A DNA stretch of 64,000 nucleotides from Candidatus Iainarchaeum sp. (GTDB lineage Archaea; Iainarchaeota; Iainarchaeia; Iainarchaeales; GCA-2688035): the NCBI GenBank assembly GCA_017610205.1, contig JAFCCL010000002.1:1-64000 (forward strand), in the 5' to 3' direction. The number at the start of each line of letters is the position of its first letter. Positions within the stretch are counted from its first letter, which is position 1. Shown piece by piece: positions 48,169-57,900 of the stretch. The notes beneath the pieces were generated by a model that was given only the letters and a program-made list of their open reading frames with translations, ran no database searches and was not told the origin of the DNA. Position numbers and translations under genes: made by a program.

Positions 48169-49652
48169 GGCTTATCAGTAAACTCTTTTCTAATCTTTCT
48201 TAAAAAAGATGGCAACTCAGGTATTTTGACTCTAACTTGCTTCATTGAATCTCTATACCGATATGTCACAGTATCATCATCTTTAGTTTGGTAATCAACT
48301 GTAATTCCTCCAAAAACCCCAACTTCATCTGCTCGCGAATACCTTTTCCCAATGCTTCCTTTTTCGTCGTAAAGAGCATCAAACTCTTCATCCAATAAAT
48401 TCACAAATATCTTTTTTGCAATTTCACTTAACCCATCTTTCTTAACTAGAGGATAAACACCCACATCATAGGGTGCAATTTTTGCAGGAAGCTTTAGATA
48501 AATTCTTTCCTCAGACCCGCGCTTTTCCTTCCTAAAAACAAGATCCAAGGTAACATAAAAGCTTCTGTCAATTCCTGCCGAAAGCTCAAACACATGCGGA
48601 ATGAATTCCTTTCCGTCTTCCTTGACTGCAAGCTTTTGCTTGCTTTCCTTTTGATGCCCTTTCAGGTCATAATCTGTCCGATAATTACAGGCAACAAGCT
48701 CAATCCAGCCCAAATCTGTTTCAATTTCAAAATCCCATGTTTCCCTTGCATAAAATGCCTTTTCGTCCTTGTCAAGCTCCCTAAAACGCATTTTTGAAAC
48801 AGGAATTCCAAAAGATTCGTACAATTGCTGGTTTCTTGCAAGATAGTATGCAACAAGCTTTCCTGAAACAAGCTTTTTCTTCACAGCATCCTTGCACGAA
48901 ATTGGTTTTGTTTTCTTTCCCAAAAGCATTAGGTTAAGATTGTAATTTTCCACTTCTGCAAAATTTGGAATTTCATCAATCTTGTCAGGGTTGAAGAAAA
49001 CCTCAACTTCCATCTGACCTATTTCACGTTCCCTAATCAAACTGTTTCTTGGAGAAATTTCGTTCCTAAAACTTTTTCCAGCCTGAGCAATTCCAATTGG
49101 AAGCTGGTGCCGCATTGTCTTGTAAAGCCTTGAAAAGTCCAAAAAAATGCTTTGACAGGTTTCAGGCCGTAGATAACACGATGAATCGCCTGTTGCCCCA
49201 ATGTCAACCTTTATCATCATATTAAACTTTTTTACAGTTGCAAAATTGCTTCCCCCGCATTTTGGACACTTTACTGAATGTTTTTTTATCAGCTTATCTA
49301 ACTCAGTAGTGCTCAAGCTTTCAGGAACAATGCCCTTTGAATGAACTTCAATAAGCTTGTCTGCCCTATGAAGTGAATTGCATTTACTGCATTGTACTAT
49401 TGGGTCATTAAAATTTTGAATGTGCCCCGAAGCCCTAAAAACTGGTTCTGGCAAAATCTGCGAGCCAAAGATTTCAAACATTGATTCCTTTTCAACCAAT
49501 TGCTTTCTCCACAAATTAATTATCTTGCGCCTTATTGTTTCACCATCCGGCCCAAAGTCAAAAAAACCAGACGGGCTTCCGGCATAAATTCCAGCACTTG
49601 GAAAAAAAAGGCTTCTCCTCAAAGCCAGGTTTGCAATCTCTTCTTTTGGCAT
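48165..49652 (-). CDS. glyS: Glycine--tRNA ligase (alpha2 type)
   Basis: YLRPETCQ, SFRNEISPR, REIGQMEVE, GWIELV, GSIGKRY.RADEVG. Confidence 0.96.
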   Translation of the reverse strand: MPKEEIANLALRRSLFFPSAGIYAGSPSGFFDFGPDGETIRRKIINLWRKQLVEKESMFEIFGSQILPEPVFRASGHIQNFNDPIVQCSKCNSLHRADKLIEVHSKGIVPESLSTTELDKLIKKHSVKCPKCGGSNFATVKKFNMMIKVDIGATGDSSCYLRPETCQSIFLDFSRLYKTMRHQLPIGIAQAGKSFRNEISPRNSLIREREIGQMEVEVFFNPDKIDEIPNFAEVENYNLNLMLLGKKTKPISCKDAVKKKLVSGKLVAYYLARNQQLYESFGIPVSKMRFRELDKDEKAFYARETWDFEIETDLGWIELVACNYRTDYDLKGHQKESKQKLAVKEDGKEFIPHVFELSAGIDRSFYVTLDLVFRKEKRGSEERIYLKLPAKIAPYDVGVYPLVKKDGLSEIAKKIFVNLLDEEFDALYDEKGSIGKRYSRADEVGVFGGITVDYQTKDDDTVTYRYRDSMKQVRVKIPELPSFLRKIRKEFTDKP

Positions 49653-49745
49653 AATATACCAATTAAACTGGCAATTCCTTTTATAATTTTGCTATTTTTT
49701 CGCCTTTGCTTACTTTTTTAAGGACATAAACCATTGTTTTATATT

Positions 49746-50552
49746 ATGGCAAGAGATATATCACAATTAAGAAAACAACTAATTAACAGGGCAAAAAAGC
49801 AGGTTCAGGTAAGGTATTCTGAGAAAGACGTGCATATAATAAGGGCAATTTCCGTTTTGGGGGACCTTGACAACTCATTCAACCTCTTGGCAGAAAATGC
49901 CATTGAATGGTACGGAGGGCATTTCCCCGAACTGCATTCAATTATAAGAGACAACGAAACCTATTTGAGGATTGTAAAAGAAATTGGAGAAAAGGAAAAA
50001 ATTTCGGAAAAAAATATTTTAAAAATTTTGGGCGAAAGCGGAAAAGAAAAAAAGGTTGAAGAAAAGGCAAAAAAATCAATGGGCAGTCCCATTCAAAAAA
50101 AGACCCTTGAAGAGCTTCAATTACTTGCATCAAACGCTCTTGCGCTTAAAAGCGAAAGAAAAAAGCTTCAGGAATTTATTGAAAAAGAAATGGAAAAAAT
50201 TGCTCCAAATTTTTCAAAAATTGCAGGAGGAGTGCTTGGAGCAAGGCTTATGGCAAACGCAGGAGGCCTGAAACAGCTTGCAATGGTTCCTGCGTCAACA
50301 ATGCAATTGCTTGGAGCAGAAAAGGCATTGTTTAGACATTTAAAAAACAAAAAAAGCAAGGGACCAAAATACGGCTTTATTTACGGGCACACTCTTGTAA
50401 AACAGGTTCCTGGCAAAAACAAGGGAAAGGCTGCAAGAAGCCTTGCATCAAAACTTGCACTTGCCGCAAGAGCAGATTATTTTGGAAACAAAAAGGACGT
50501 GTCAAAAGAAATGCTTGCAGACCTTGAAAAAAGGGCAGCTGAATTAAAGTAA
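49746..50552 (+). CDS. nop5: Nop5 (Nop56/58) C/D sRNP protein, short form
   Basis: EWYG.HFPEL, APN, PASTMQLLGAEKALFRHL, PKYG, GKAAR. Confidence 0.92.
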   Translation: MARDISQLRKQLINRAKKQVQVRYSEKDVHIIRAISVLGDLDNSFNLLAENAIEWYGGHFPELHSIIRDNETYLRIVKEIGEKEKISEKNILKILGESGKEKKVEEKAKKSMGSPIQKKTLEELQLLASNALALKSERKKLQEFIEKEMEKIAPNFSKIAGGVLGARLMANAGGLKQLAMVPASTMQLLGAEKALFRHLKNKKSKGPKYGFIYGHTLVKQVPGKNKGKAARSLASKLALAARADYFGNKKDVSKEMLADLEKRAAELK

Positions 50553-50575
50553 ATGTATAAGAAAGTGGAATTAGA

Positions 50576-51250
50576 GTGGTGTTTGTTTTGGAAGAAATTT
50601 TTCCCGAAGTTTTTGAACACGAAAACAAAATCTTTACAAAAAACCTTGTGCCAGGCGTAAAGGTTTACGGCGAAAGGCTTTTGAAAATTGACAATGTTGA
50701 ATACAGGCAATGGGATTTTTTCAGAAGCAAGCTTGCAGCAGCAATAAAAAACGGGCTTACCGAAATGCCAATAAGAAAAGGCTCAACTGTTTTATACCTT
50801 GGAGCAGCAGAGGGAACAACCTTAAGCCATGTAAGCGACATCATTGGCGAAACAGGACTTGCTTTTGGTGTAGATATAAGTGAACGGGTAATGCGAAAAT
50901 TTATTGGAATGTGCGAACAGAGAAAAAATGTAATGCCAGTAATAGAAGATGCAAGAAAGCCCTGGACCTACAAAGCATTTCTTGAAGGAAAAAAAGTAGA
51001 CCTGTTGTTTCAGGATGTAGCACAATCCGACCAGTCAAGAATTTTTTTAAAAAACACAGAATACTTTCTTGAAAAAGGCAGTGCAGGAATGCTGGTAGTT
51101 AAGGCAAAAAGCATTTCACAGCAAAGCGATGTAGGAAGCGTTTTTGGAAAAGAACTCGGAGCACTAACAGAACAATTCAAAATAAAGCAGGTTGTAAACC
51201 TAAAGCCGTTTGAAAAAGACCACGTGCTTGCATTGTGCAAAAAACTCTAG
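50576..51250 (+). CDS. flpA: Fibrillarin-like 2'-O-methyltransferase
   Basis: VYGE, RSKLAAAI, VLYLGAA.GTT.SHVSD, DARKP, QDVAQ, PFEKDH. Confidence 0.95.
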   Translation: MVFVLEEIFPEVFEHENKIFTKNLVPGVKVYGERLLKIDNVEYRQWDFFRSKLAAAIKNGLTEMPIRKGSTVLYLGAAEGTTLSHVSDIIGETGLAFGVDISERVMRKFIGMCEQRKNVMPVIEDARKPWTYKAFLEGKKVDLLFQDVAQSDQSRIFLKNTEYFLEKGSAGMLVVKAKSISQQSDVGSVFGKELGALTEQFKIKQVVNLKPFEKDHVLALCKKL

Positions 51251-51259
51251 GTGAATGTT

Positions 51260-51826
51260 ATGAAAACCGAGGCAAGACGACAATTTATTCACTTTTTGTT
51301 TGGCTCTTTCTTTATAGCGTTGATTGCAGTATTTGGAATTGAACAAAGCTTTTTTGTTCTGGCAGCATGCTTTGGGGCAGGCATTTTGATTTCGTTTCTT
51401 TTAAAGAACGGAGTAAAAATTCCTTTGCTTTTGCACATTGTTCAAAAGGTTGAACGGGATTATGAAAAGCACCTGCCTGGCAAGGGAGCATTGCTTTTTT
51501 TCCTTGCAGCCATAATCACCATTGTTTTATTTCAGGAAAAAGCAATTGTTTTAGGTGCATTGGGAGTAGCAGTTTTTGGTGACGCTGCAAGCACTGTTTT
51601 TGGGTTAAAGTTTGGAAAGCACAGAATTGCAGGAAAAAAAACACTGGAAGGCACTTTTGGTGGAATTGCAGCAAGCCTTTTTTTCCTATTATTTCTGTTT
51701 CAATGGCCTATTGCACTTGCAGCAGCAGTTATTGGAATGCTCGCAGAGTTACTGCCATTTGACGACAATTTTACCATTCCAATAGCAGCAGGGTTTATAC
51801 TGTCAATTTTGGTTGCATTGCTCTAA
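51260..51826 (+). CDS. Dolichol/phytol kinase-like membrane protein (CTP_transf family)
   Basis: E.RRQ.IH, GDAAS...G..FG, KTLEGT, DDNFTIP. Confidence 0.88.
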   Translation: MKTEARRQFIHFLFGSFFIALIAVFGIEQSFFVLAACFGAGILISFLLKNGVKIPLLLHIVQKVERDYEKHLPGKGALLFFLAAIITIVLFQEKAIVLGALGVAVFGDAASTVFGLKFGKHRIAGKKTLEGTFGGIAASLFFLLFLFQWPIALAAAVIGMLAELLPFDDNFTIPIAAGFILSILVALL

Positions 51827-52125
51827 AAAGGCTTTCACCGGAAATCCGCTCTCTTATGAAAGAGCTTTAAAAGGAAATTTCGAATTAGATACGATGACTC
51901 TAATTGAGCTACCAAATTATGTCTCCAAATTAAACGAAAAAATATTTATAGTAGGCTTTGACAAAATTCTCTTAGCCGAGCATAGAAAAACAGGAATTAC
52001 TTGTAAAGAAGCTGCTCGAAGATTAGAAACAACTCCAGCAACATATTCTCATTACCTGCACGGTCAAACCATTTGCTCGATAAAAATTTTAAAGAAGTTT
52101 TGTAAGTTGTACAATATAAATCTGT

Positions 52126-52750
52126 TTGATAGGATAGGGGGCTTCGCCCCCTATAACCCCCTTGCGCCTCGCTTCCCCGTCAAGCCCTCACTTGGGTTCG
52201 GGCTTGCCGTACCCCCGCTCGGCGCTTAAAACGCTGATATCAAAACAGTCCTGTCATCTATAACCTGCACATTGTGATGTTCCTGCTGGCTCAAAATATA
52301 ATCGTCTGCTTGTTCCATGTTCTGTATTCCTGTAGACTGATGATGTTCATAACCTGACCAGAAAGAACCACGAGGATATCGTTTCCTGAAACCAGGGTGA
52401 TTCTCAAACATCCTTTTTGCGCTTCTGGACTTCAACATTATCTCAGCAACCATGACACTATAACGCTTCGGAATATTCACCCTAAAATGAGAGTGATTGC
52501 CACCAAAACCAATCTCGCCAAACTCAAAGCCGTGAGCTTCAAACTCTCGAAAAGCAGCAATACAATTATCAATATGAGATTGCTTCCTGAAACACTGAAA
52601 AGCACACTTTGTTTTAAACATAAACGTAACCCAGTTGTTGCGAGTATCAACCTTTTCCTTTTTACAGCTAACGCTACTTAAAACATTCATCATAGTTAAT
52701 CGTCTCCTATCGCGCCATTTAAAGGACACCGCGTAAGCGGTGTCGCGCGC
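52126..52750 (-). mobile_element. IS200/IS605-family element (tnpA only)
   Basis: Subterminal hairpins (ATAGGGGGC-TTC-GCCCCCTAT at the right end; ACCGC-GTAA-GCGGT at the left end); right end finishes TCAA on the minus strand; boundaries approximate. Confidence 0.8.
52226..52693 (-). CDS. tnpA: Y1 HUH transposase
   Basis: HSH motif, LKS.SA, FWS, YI..Q catalytic Tyr. Confidence 0.88.
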   Translation of the reverse strand: MMNVLSSVSCKKEKVDTRNNWVTFMFKTKCAFQCFRKQSHIDNCIAAFREFEAHGFEFGEIGFGGNHSHFRVNIPKRYSVMVAEIMLKSRSAKRMFENHPGFRKRYPRGSFWSGYEHHQSTGIQNMEQADDYILSQQEHHNVQVIDDRTVLISAF

Positions 52751-53157
52751 GATAGAAGAAAGAAAAAGATTCAAGGTTAAAAAAATAACGACTGCAGGTC
52801 TTTCAGACCACGCAGTATTTTCTCAAATAAAAATGCGTTAAAATGTTACTTGGCTGGATTGTACGATGCAGATGGCACTATCCCAAAAACTCCAAAAAAA
52901 GCCAAGCAACTCTTCATAGACACCACTTTAAAGGATAAAGGATTCATAGAAGAGATTAAAGCAGCTCTACAAAAGTTTGACATCGAAACTCTCAAAATCT
53001 ATAAACGCTGTTCTACATCATTATCCAAAAATAATCCTTCAATTACATGGGAATTACGATTAAGACGAAAAGGATTCATTTTAAAGTTTTTGCAGGAAAT
53101 AAGTTTTTATCATCCAGATAAAGCAAAACGCGCGAAAGTCGTTAGAAAACTTTTGAT

Positions 53158-53230
53158 GGATCCGTAGCCTAGAGGATAGGGCGACTGCCTCCTAAGCAGT
53201 AGATCGAGGGTTCGATTCCCTCCGGGTCCG
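53158..53230 (+). tRNA. tRNA-Arg (CCT)
   Basis: GGATCCG/CGGGTCC-G, loop CT-CCT-AA, TTCGATT. Confidence 0.92.
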
Positions 53231-53287
53231 CTTTTATTTTTCTTAAATAGAAAGATTATTAAATAAAAAAAAAACATTTTATAACAA

Positions 53288-53758
53288 ATGGCATTTGCTA
53301 TTCTTTATTCAAATGTATCTCTGGCAGTTGGATTGATTGTTCTGTTAGTTGGATTTGTATTGTCGCTTATCATATCGATTGCATCAATATTTGTATTGGA
53401 ACGAGTGTGTAAAAACCTCAAAAGAAGCACTATTGGAGTTTATGCAATTGTACTTTTAGCAATTCTTTTGTTTTTGACTACGGCACCGTTTGGATTTTAT
53501 TTAGGAGTCTTTCTTTTACCCCCAACTATTGTGAGTTTAAACAAGGCAGTAAAACTTGAAAAAATTCCTTTTTGGTTAAAATCTGGTTTAATTTCATTAG
53601 TACTTTCTTTTCTTAGCATATTAATTCCGCTACTTGGCACAGACTTAAGCAATTGGCAAAATTTTGCATACAGTATTGGACCAAGGTTACTGATAGTAGC
53701 CTATTGGACAATTTTGTTTGCTGTTTTAGGAAAGGTATTTGAAAAAAGAATGAAATAA
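53288..53758 (+). CDS. Membrane protein
   Basis: Several TM segments; no motif recognised. Confidence 0.65.
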   Translation: MAFAILYSNVSLAVGLIVLLVGFVLSLIISIASIFVLERVCKNLKRSTIGVYAIVLLAILLFLTTAPFGFYLGVFLLPPTIVSLNKAVKLEKIPFWLKSGLISLVLSFLSILIPLLGTDLSNWQNFAYSIGPRLLIVAYWTILFAVLGKVFEKRMK

Positions 53759-53889
53759 TAGTTGGCAGGAAATAGTTGATAAATCTGCTAAAATAAAAAT
53801 ACTCGGCAAAGACCTTAAAAAATCAGAAATTATAGGACAATTGACGAAAGCCTTTTAAGCCTGTTTTGTCTAATTCTTTTTGAAGGTTT

Positions 53890-54603
53890 ATGGTTGAAAA
53901 ACTAAGAAATACTATTGCAGGGGAAATCTGCCTAAGCAAGGATCCTGGCGGCAGCATGAAGAAATGGCGCGAAATTTTTGGAATTTCACAAACAGAACTT
54001 GCCAACAAGCTTCATATTACAAGCAGTACAATTTCAGATTACGAGGGCGGCAGGAGAAAAAGCCCAGGGATTGGAGTTGTGGCAAGATTTGTTGAAACCC
54101 TTATTGAAATTGATTCAGGAAGAGGCGGTAAAGTAGTAAAGCAGCTTGAAAAAGATTTTAAACCAGAAACAGAGGCTTTTGAAGCGCACGAATTCTTTTC
54201 AGCAATGAAAGGCGGCGAATTTATGAAAAAAATAAGCGGAACCTGTGTTGCAAATCCTTCAAAGTTGAAAGAAACACGAATTTATGGTTACAGCCTTATT
54301 GACAGCATGAAAGTAATTTTGGATGTGCCAGTTCACGAATATATGCGAATTTATGGAAAAACTCCTGAAAGGGCCTTGATTTTTAGATTTGTTGGAAACG
54401 GAAGAAGTCCAATGATTGCTGTTAAAATTGGAAGATTTAGCACAGATATGAAGCCGTCAATTGTTGTATTGCACGGCAAAATGGATACAAAAAATGTTGA
54501 CCCAATTGCAAGAAAGATTGCTGAATCAGAAAAGATTCCACTAATTGTAACACAAAAAAGTGTTGAAGAAATAAAAACAGAATTGAAAAAGTTTGAAAGC
54601 TGA
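53890..54603 (+). CDS. Archaeal XRE-HTH transcriptional regulator (COG1709-like)
   Basis: IAGEI.LS..PG..MKKWR..FGISQ.ELA, ISDYEGGRRKSPG, RALIF..V..GRSPMIA. Confidence 0.88.
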   Translation: MVEKLRNTIAGEICLSKDPGGSMKKWREIFGISQTELANKLHITSSTISDYEGGRRKSPGIGVVARFVETLIEIDSGRGGKVVKQLEKDFKPETEAFEAHEFFSAMKGGEFMKKISGTCVANPSKLKETRIYGYSLIDSMKVILDVPVHEYMRIYGKTPERALIFRFVGNGRSPMIAVKIGRFSTDMKPSIVVLHGKMDTKNVDPIARKIAESEKIPLIVTQKSVEEIKTELKKFES

Positions 54604-54608
54604 AATTG

Positions 54609-55313
54609 CTATACCCTTACAAGAAAAGTAAACCTGTATTTTTCATTGCCTGATTTGTCAACACCGTTTAGTACGCTTGAACTCTTTGTTTCTGCATTAA
54701 ATTTGGCTTTCATTTGCCTTACTGCATTCTGAGCAGCCTTTTTGCTTCCAACTTTTAAATCAAAACCCTCTCTTTTTTCAGAAACGTCGATTACTGCAGC
54801 AAGGCTGTCTTTTGAATGCATTGCTTCAACAAAATCGATTAGTTTTGGAAGCAATTCCTTGAGTTTTTTTTTATCGCTATCTTTTGACCTTAGTTGAATT
54901 ATTGCTTCATGATACTGACTTGACAGACGCATGCAAGGGTCACATTGAACAAACTCTGGTTCAAGTAAGACTGTTTCTTCAAAGAAAAGGGAAACATCAT
55001 CAATTGTTCCTTTTACCAGAACCTTTGCAGAAAACACCCCTTTAGAGGCCTGTGAAACTTTTACATCCACTGCCTCATTTTCTAAATCTTTTACCTTTAC
55101 TTTTTTTTTAACAATCAAGGAAAGCTTTTCTTCGGTTGGCACAACCATTTTTCCAAAAAGCCTGGTTTTTCCGCATGTTCTGCATTGCTCAAAAGAAATA
55201 GTTTCAGGAATTTCAACAAGCTTGTGCTTTTTTAAAAAGCATTCTTCACAAAGCCCTTTGATAAAATGCCCTTTTTCCTTTCCGCACAAAGGGCAAAAAT
55301 TTTCATCTTTCAT
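54609..55313 (-). CDS. NMD3 family ribosome biogenesis protein
   Basis: CPLCG, LCEEC, CRTCG, CDPC, YHEAIIQLR, YRFTFLVR. Confidence 0.88.
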   Translation of the reverse strand: MKDENFCPLCGKEKGHFIKGLCEECFLKKHKLVEIPETISFEQCRTCGKTRLFGKMVVPTEEKLSLIVKKKVKVKDLENEAVDVKVSQASKGVFSAKVLVKGTIDDVSLFFEETVLLEPEFVQCDPCMRLSSQYHEAIIQLRSKDSDKKKLKELLPKLIDFVEAMHSKDSLAAVIDVSEKREGFDLKVGSKKAAQNAVRQMKAKFNAETKSSSVLNGVDKSGNEKYRFTFLVRV

Positions 55314-55317
55314 TTAA

Positions 55318-56148
55318 TCATCTCTTAAAAAAGACCTTTTTTTCAAAGTGAAAGTAAAAAACTGCATTCAAAACATACTGGTATGTAACAAAAATTGCTA
55401 TAAGAAACCTTGTTATAATAAGCAGTGAAAAAAATACAAGTGTCAGTACTAAATTTGAAGACGGGTCAGAAAGCAGCACTTGGTTTGAGAAAAAAAAGCT
55501 TAGCCCTGATACAAGAATGGATATTATAATTGCCTTTAATACATCGCTTTTGTGTTTTAGAGAAGTTCTAACCATTTCATTTAATGTTTTTGAAATATTT
55601 AGCTTTTCAATACTGCTTACAGGATAGAGAAGATAGAACAAAAGCAGTATTACAAAGAATGCTATAAGCATCATAAAGGCAAAAATATAAAACATTAAAT
55701 CATTTCCTTTTTGCCAGAAATCCAGAGTAATAAATCCAAGCGGAACAGTTGTGCCAAAAAAAAGAATTGAAAAAATTACAACTGAAGAAAAAATTGTCCC
55801 AAAACGCTTTAGTACTACAAGAAATGACTGTCTAAAATTAACTTTTTTCTTTTTATAAAATTGTTCAATCATTACAGGATACATTGGATTTACCAAAACA
55901 TAGTCAATAAAATAAATTATTGGAGTGTAAACTATGAGAAAAATCAACTGCATTAAAAGCAATCTTAATTCTTCAGGGGTTTTGCTTAAAATTATTTCAG
56001 GAGACACCAGATTAAGGTTGATTAGCAGCATTGTGATAAGAATAATTATTGGAAGCATAAGAAATGAAATTAGTATTTTTGGAATAAAGAGCTTTGGGCA
56101 TTTTTTTAAGAGAATAAAACTGTCAACTAATACTCTTGCAAAGCTCAT
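55318..56148 (-). CDS. Membrane protein
   Basis: About six TM segments; inside the operon. Confidence 0.7.
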   Translation of the reverse strand: MSFARVLVDSFILLKKCPKLFIPKILISFLMLPIIILITMLLINLNLVSPEIILSKTPEELRLLLMQLIFLIVYTPIIYFIDYVLVNPMYPVMIEQFYKKKKVNFRQSFLVVLKRFGTIFSSVVIFSILFFGTTVPLGFITLDFWQKGNDLMFYIFAFMMLIAFFVILLLFYLLYPVSSIEKLNISKTLNEMVRTSLKHKSDVLKAIIISILVSGLSFFFSNQVLLSDPSSNLVLTLVFFSLLIITRFLIAIFVTYQYVLNAVFYFHFEKKVFFKR

Positions 56149-56154
56149 TTTTTA

Positions 56155-57429
56155 TCAATCCAAAACAATTTTTTTACCAAGCTCAGGAACCAATGTTTCA
56201 ATGCCGGTATCTTCTTCAATTTTTTTCTTAAACACCTGTATTACTTCAGGGTCTCCGTGAACCAAAAGAACTTTTTCAGGACCCCAGTGTGAAATCGCTT
56301 TTATCATTTCCTGCTGTGAAGCATGTGCTGAAAAATCAAACTTTTCTACCTTTCCTTTAACTTCATAATTTTTTCCATCTATATCAATCTTCCCTGTTTC
56401 CATAAGCGTTCTTCCTGCTGTCCCCTCAACCTGATATCCTGTAAGAAAAACATTGCTTTTTTCGTCCTTGTAAATGGTTTTTAGATAATTCAATGCAGGC
56501 CCTCCTTGAAGCATTCCTGCAGTTGTAACAATAACACTTGGCTGCTTTAATGCCTTTTTTCTGTCCCCATTATTTCTTATCCAATGGGTTTTTTCCAAAG
56601 CCTTTTTTAAAAACCTTGGATTTTTAAGAAATTTGGGAAACATTGTTGTTGCCCTCGCAACCTTTTGACCCATTCCATCAAGATAAATTGGAGCATTTAT
56701 TTTATATCCATGCAATATATCAATTAATTCCTGGCTTCTTCCAACAGCAAAAGCAGGAACAAGAGCTGTTCCACCATTGTCAAGCGTATCCTGAACCTCT
56801 TCAATAAAAATTTTTTCACATTCCTTTCTTGGAGGATGATTTCTGTCACCATATGTTGATTCAATTGCAAGATAGTCAACATTTCCAACGTCAAGATCAG
56901 CTCCCTTAAAAAGCCTTGTTTCCTCAACTTTGAAGTCACCGGTGTAAAGGAAGTTTTTTTCTCCGATTGAAAGCTTTGGCATTGCAGAACCCAAAATATG
57001 CCCGGCATCAAAAAACTGCATTGAACAATTTTTGGTAATGTGCAAAACCCTTCGGTAATCAACAGGAAAAGTATATTTTGAAGCCTCTTCTATTTCATTT
57101 TTTGAAAAAGAAATGTCTTCTCCTTCAAGACCTGCAATTTTAATGGTATCAAACCACAATATTTTGCTTAGTTCCAAAGTGGGTGCCGACATATAGGAAA
57201 GAATGCTCGAATTTACAAAAAGATCGGGCAATGCACCACTGTGGTCAAGATGCGCATGGCTAATCACAACAGCGTCAAGGTTTGTTTCAACAGGCAAAGG
57301 ATACTCAGAACCTACGGGAGAAAGCTTTATGCCTCTGTCAAGAACAATCTTTTCGCCAAAATCGAGGAGGAAACTGCTTCGCCCTACTTCATTACAGCCA
57401 CCTAATCCGGTAAAAGATATGTTTGCCAT
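56155..57429 (-). CDS. Beta-CASP MBL-fold ribonuclease (aCPSF2-like)
   Basis: GG.NEVGRS, SHAHLDH, AGHILGS, ESTYG, GYQVEGT.GR, FSAHA, VHG. Confidence 0.92.
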   Translation of the reverse strand: MANISFTGLGGCNEVGRSSFLLDFGEKIVLDRGIKLSPVGSEYPLPVETNLDAVVISHAHLDHSGALPDLFVNSSILSYMSAPTLELSKILWFDTIKIAGLEGEDISFSKNEIEEASKYTFPVDYRRVLHITKNCSMQFFDAGHILGSAMPKLSIGEKNFLYTGDFKVEETRLFKGADLDVGNVDYLAIESTYGDRNHPPRKECEKIFIEEVQDTLDNGGTALVPAFAVGRSQELIDILHGYKINAPIYLDGMGQKVARATTMFPKFLKNPRFLKKALEKTHWIRNNGDRKKALKQPSVIVTTAGMLQGGPALNYLKTIYKDEKSNVFLTGYQVEGTAGRTLMETGKIDIDGKNYEVKGKVEKFDFSAHASQQEMIKAISHWGPEKVLLVHGDPEVIQVFKKKIEEDTGIETLVPELGKKIVLD

Positions 57430-57454
57430 CCTAAATCATTCAAAAAAAGAGACG

Positions 57455-57649
57455 TTACTCTTTTACAACAATTGCTTTTTGCGGGCAGCTTGCTTCACAC
57501 GCCCTGCATTGAATGCAGGAATCAGGATCTTTTACAATCGACTTTCCGCCCTCTATTTCAAAAACATCTACAGGGCAAACATCCTTGCATGTTCCGCAAC
57601 CAGTACATTTTTTTTTGTCAACATAAGGTTTTTCAGCCAAATTAACCAC
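57455..57649 (-). CDS. 2[4Fe-4S] ferredoxin
   Basis: CTGCGTC...CP and CIQCRAC...CP. Confidence 0.92.
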   Translation of the reverse strand: MVNLAEKPYVDKKKCTGCGTCKDVCPVDVFEIEGGKSIVKDPDSCIQCRACEASCPQKAIVVKE

Positions 57650-57655
57650 CTCGTT

Positions 57656-57874
57656 TTAATCCTTTTTTTCAATTGCTTTGTTCATTTCAGCCAACAATTT
57701 TTCAAGGGTTTCTTCACTCATCCGATGCGCTTTAGCACCCTGTTCAAGGGTTTCATATGCAGCAATATGGCAACCAGCACAATGCAAATCAAATTTTAGC
57801 ATTAGTGGAACTGTTTCAGGAAATTTTGCAACTACATCGCCTAAGGTCATATCCTTTGAAATCTTTTCAGCCAT
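57656..57874 (-). CDS. DUF1858 family protein (HCP-associated redox disulfide domain)
   Basis: ISKDMT.GD.V.KFPE, HCAGC, ETLEQGA..H. Confidence 0.85.
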   Translation of the reverse strand: MAEKISKDMTLGDVVAKFPETVPLMLKFDLHCAGCHIAAYETLEQGAKAHRMSEETLEKLLAEMNKAIEKKD

Positions 57875-57900
57875 GTTATGAAAAGAATGCAAAAAGTCTT

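Larger units (their letters stand above)
51893..53167 (+). pseudogene. HTH-LAGLIDADG endonuclease gene disrupted by IS200; its stop codon lies inside tRNA-Arg
   Basis: N-part HTH (EAARRLETTPATYSHY); C-part CYLAGLYDADG...FYHPDK; TAG at 53165-53167 is tRNA positions 8-10. Confidence 0.75.

Noticed and set aside
52126-52225. TnpB/omega-RNA system
   Set aside because: No tnpB or RuvC ORF in the element; the hairpins are explained as IS200 ends
51813-52229. Intact 138-aa protein
   Set aside because: Chimera of the endonuclease HTH fragment and the IS200 right-end hairpins
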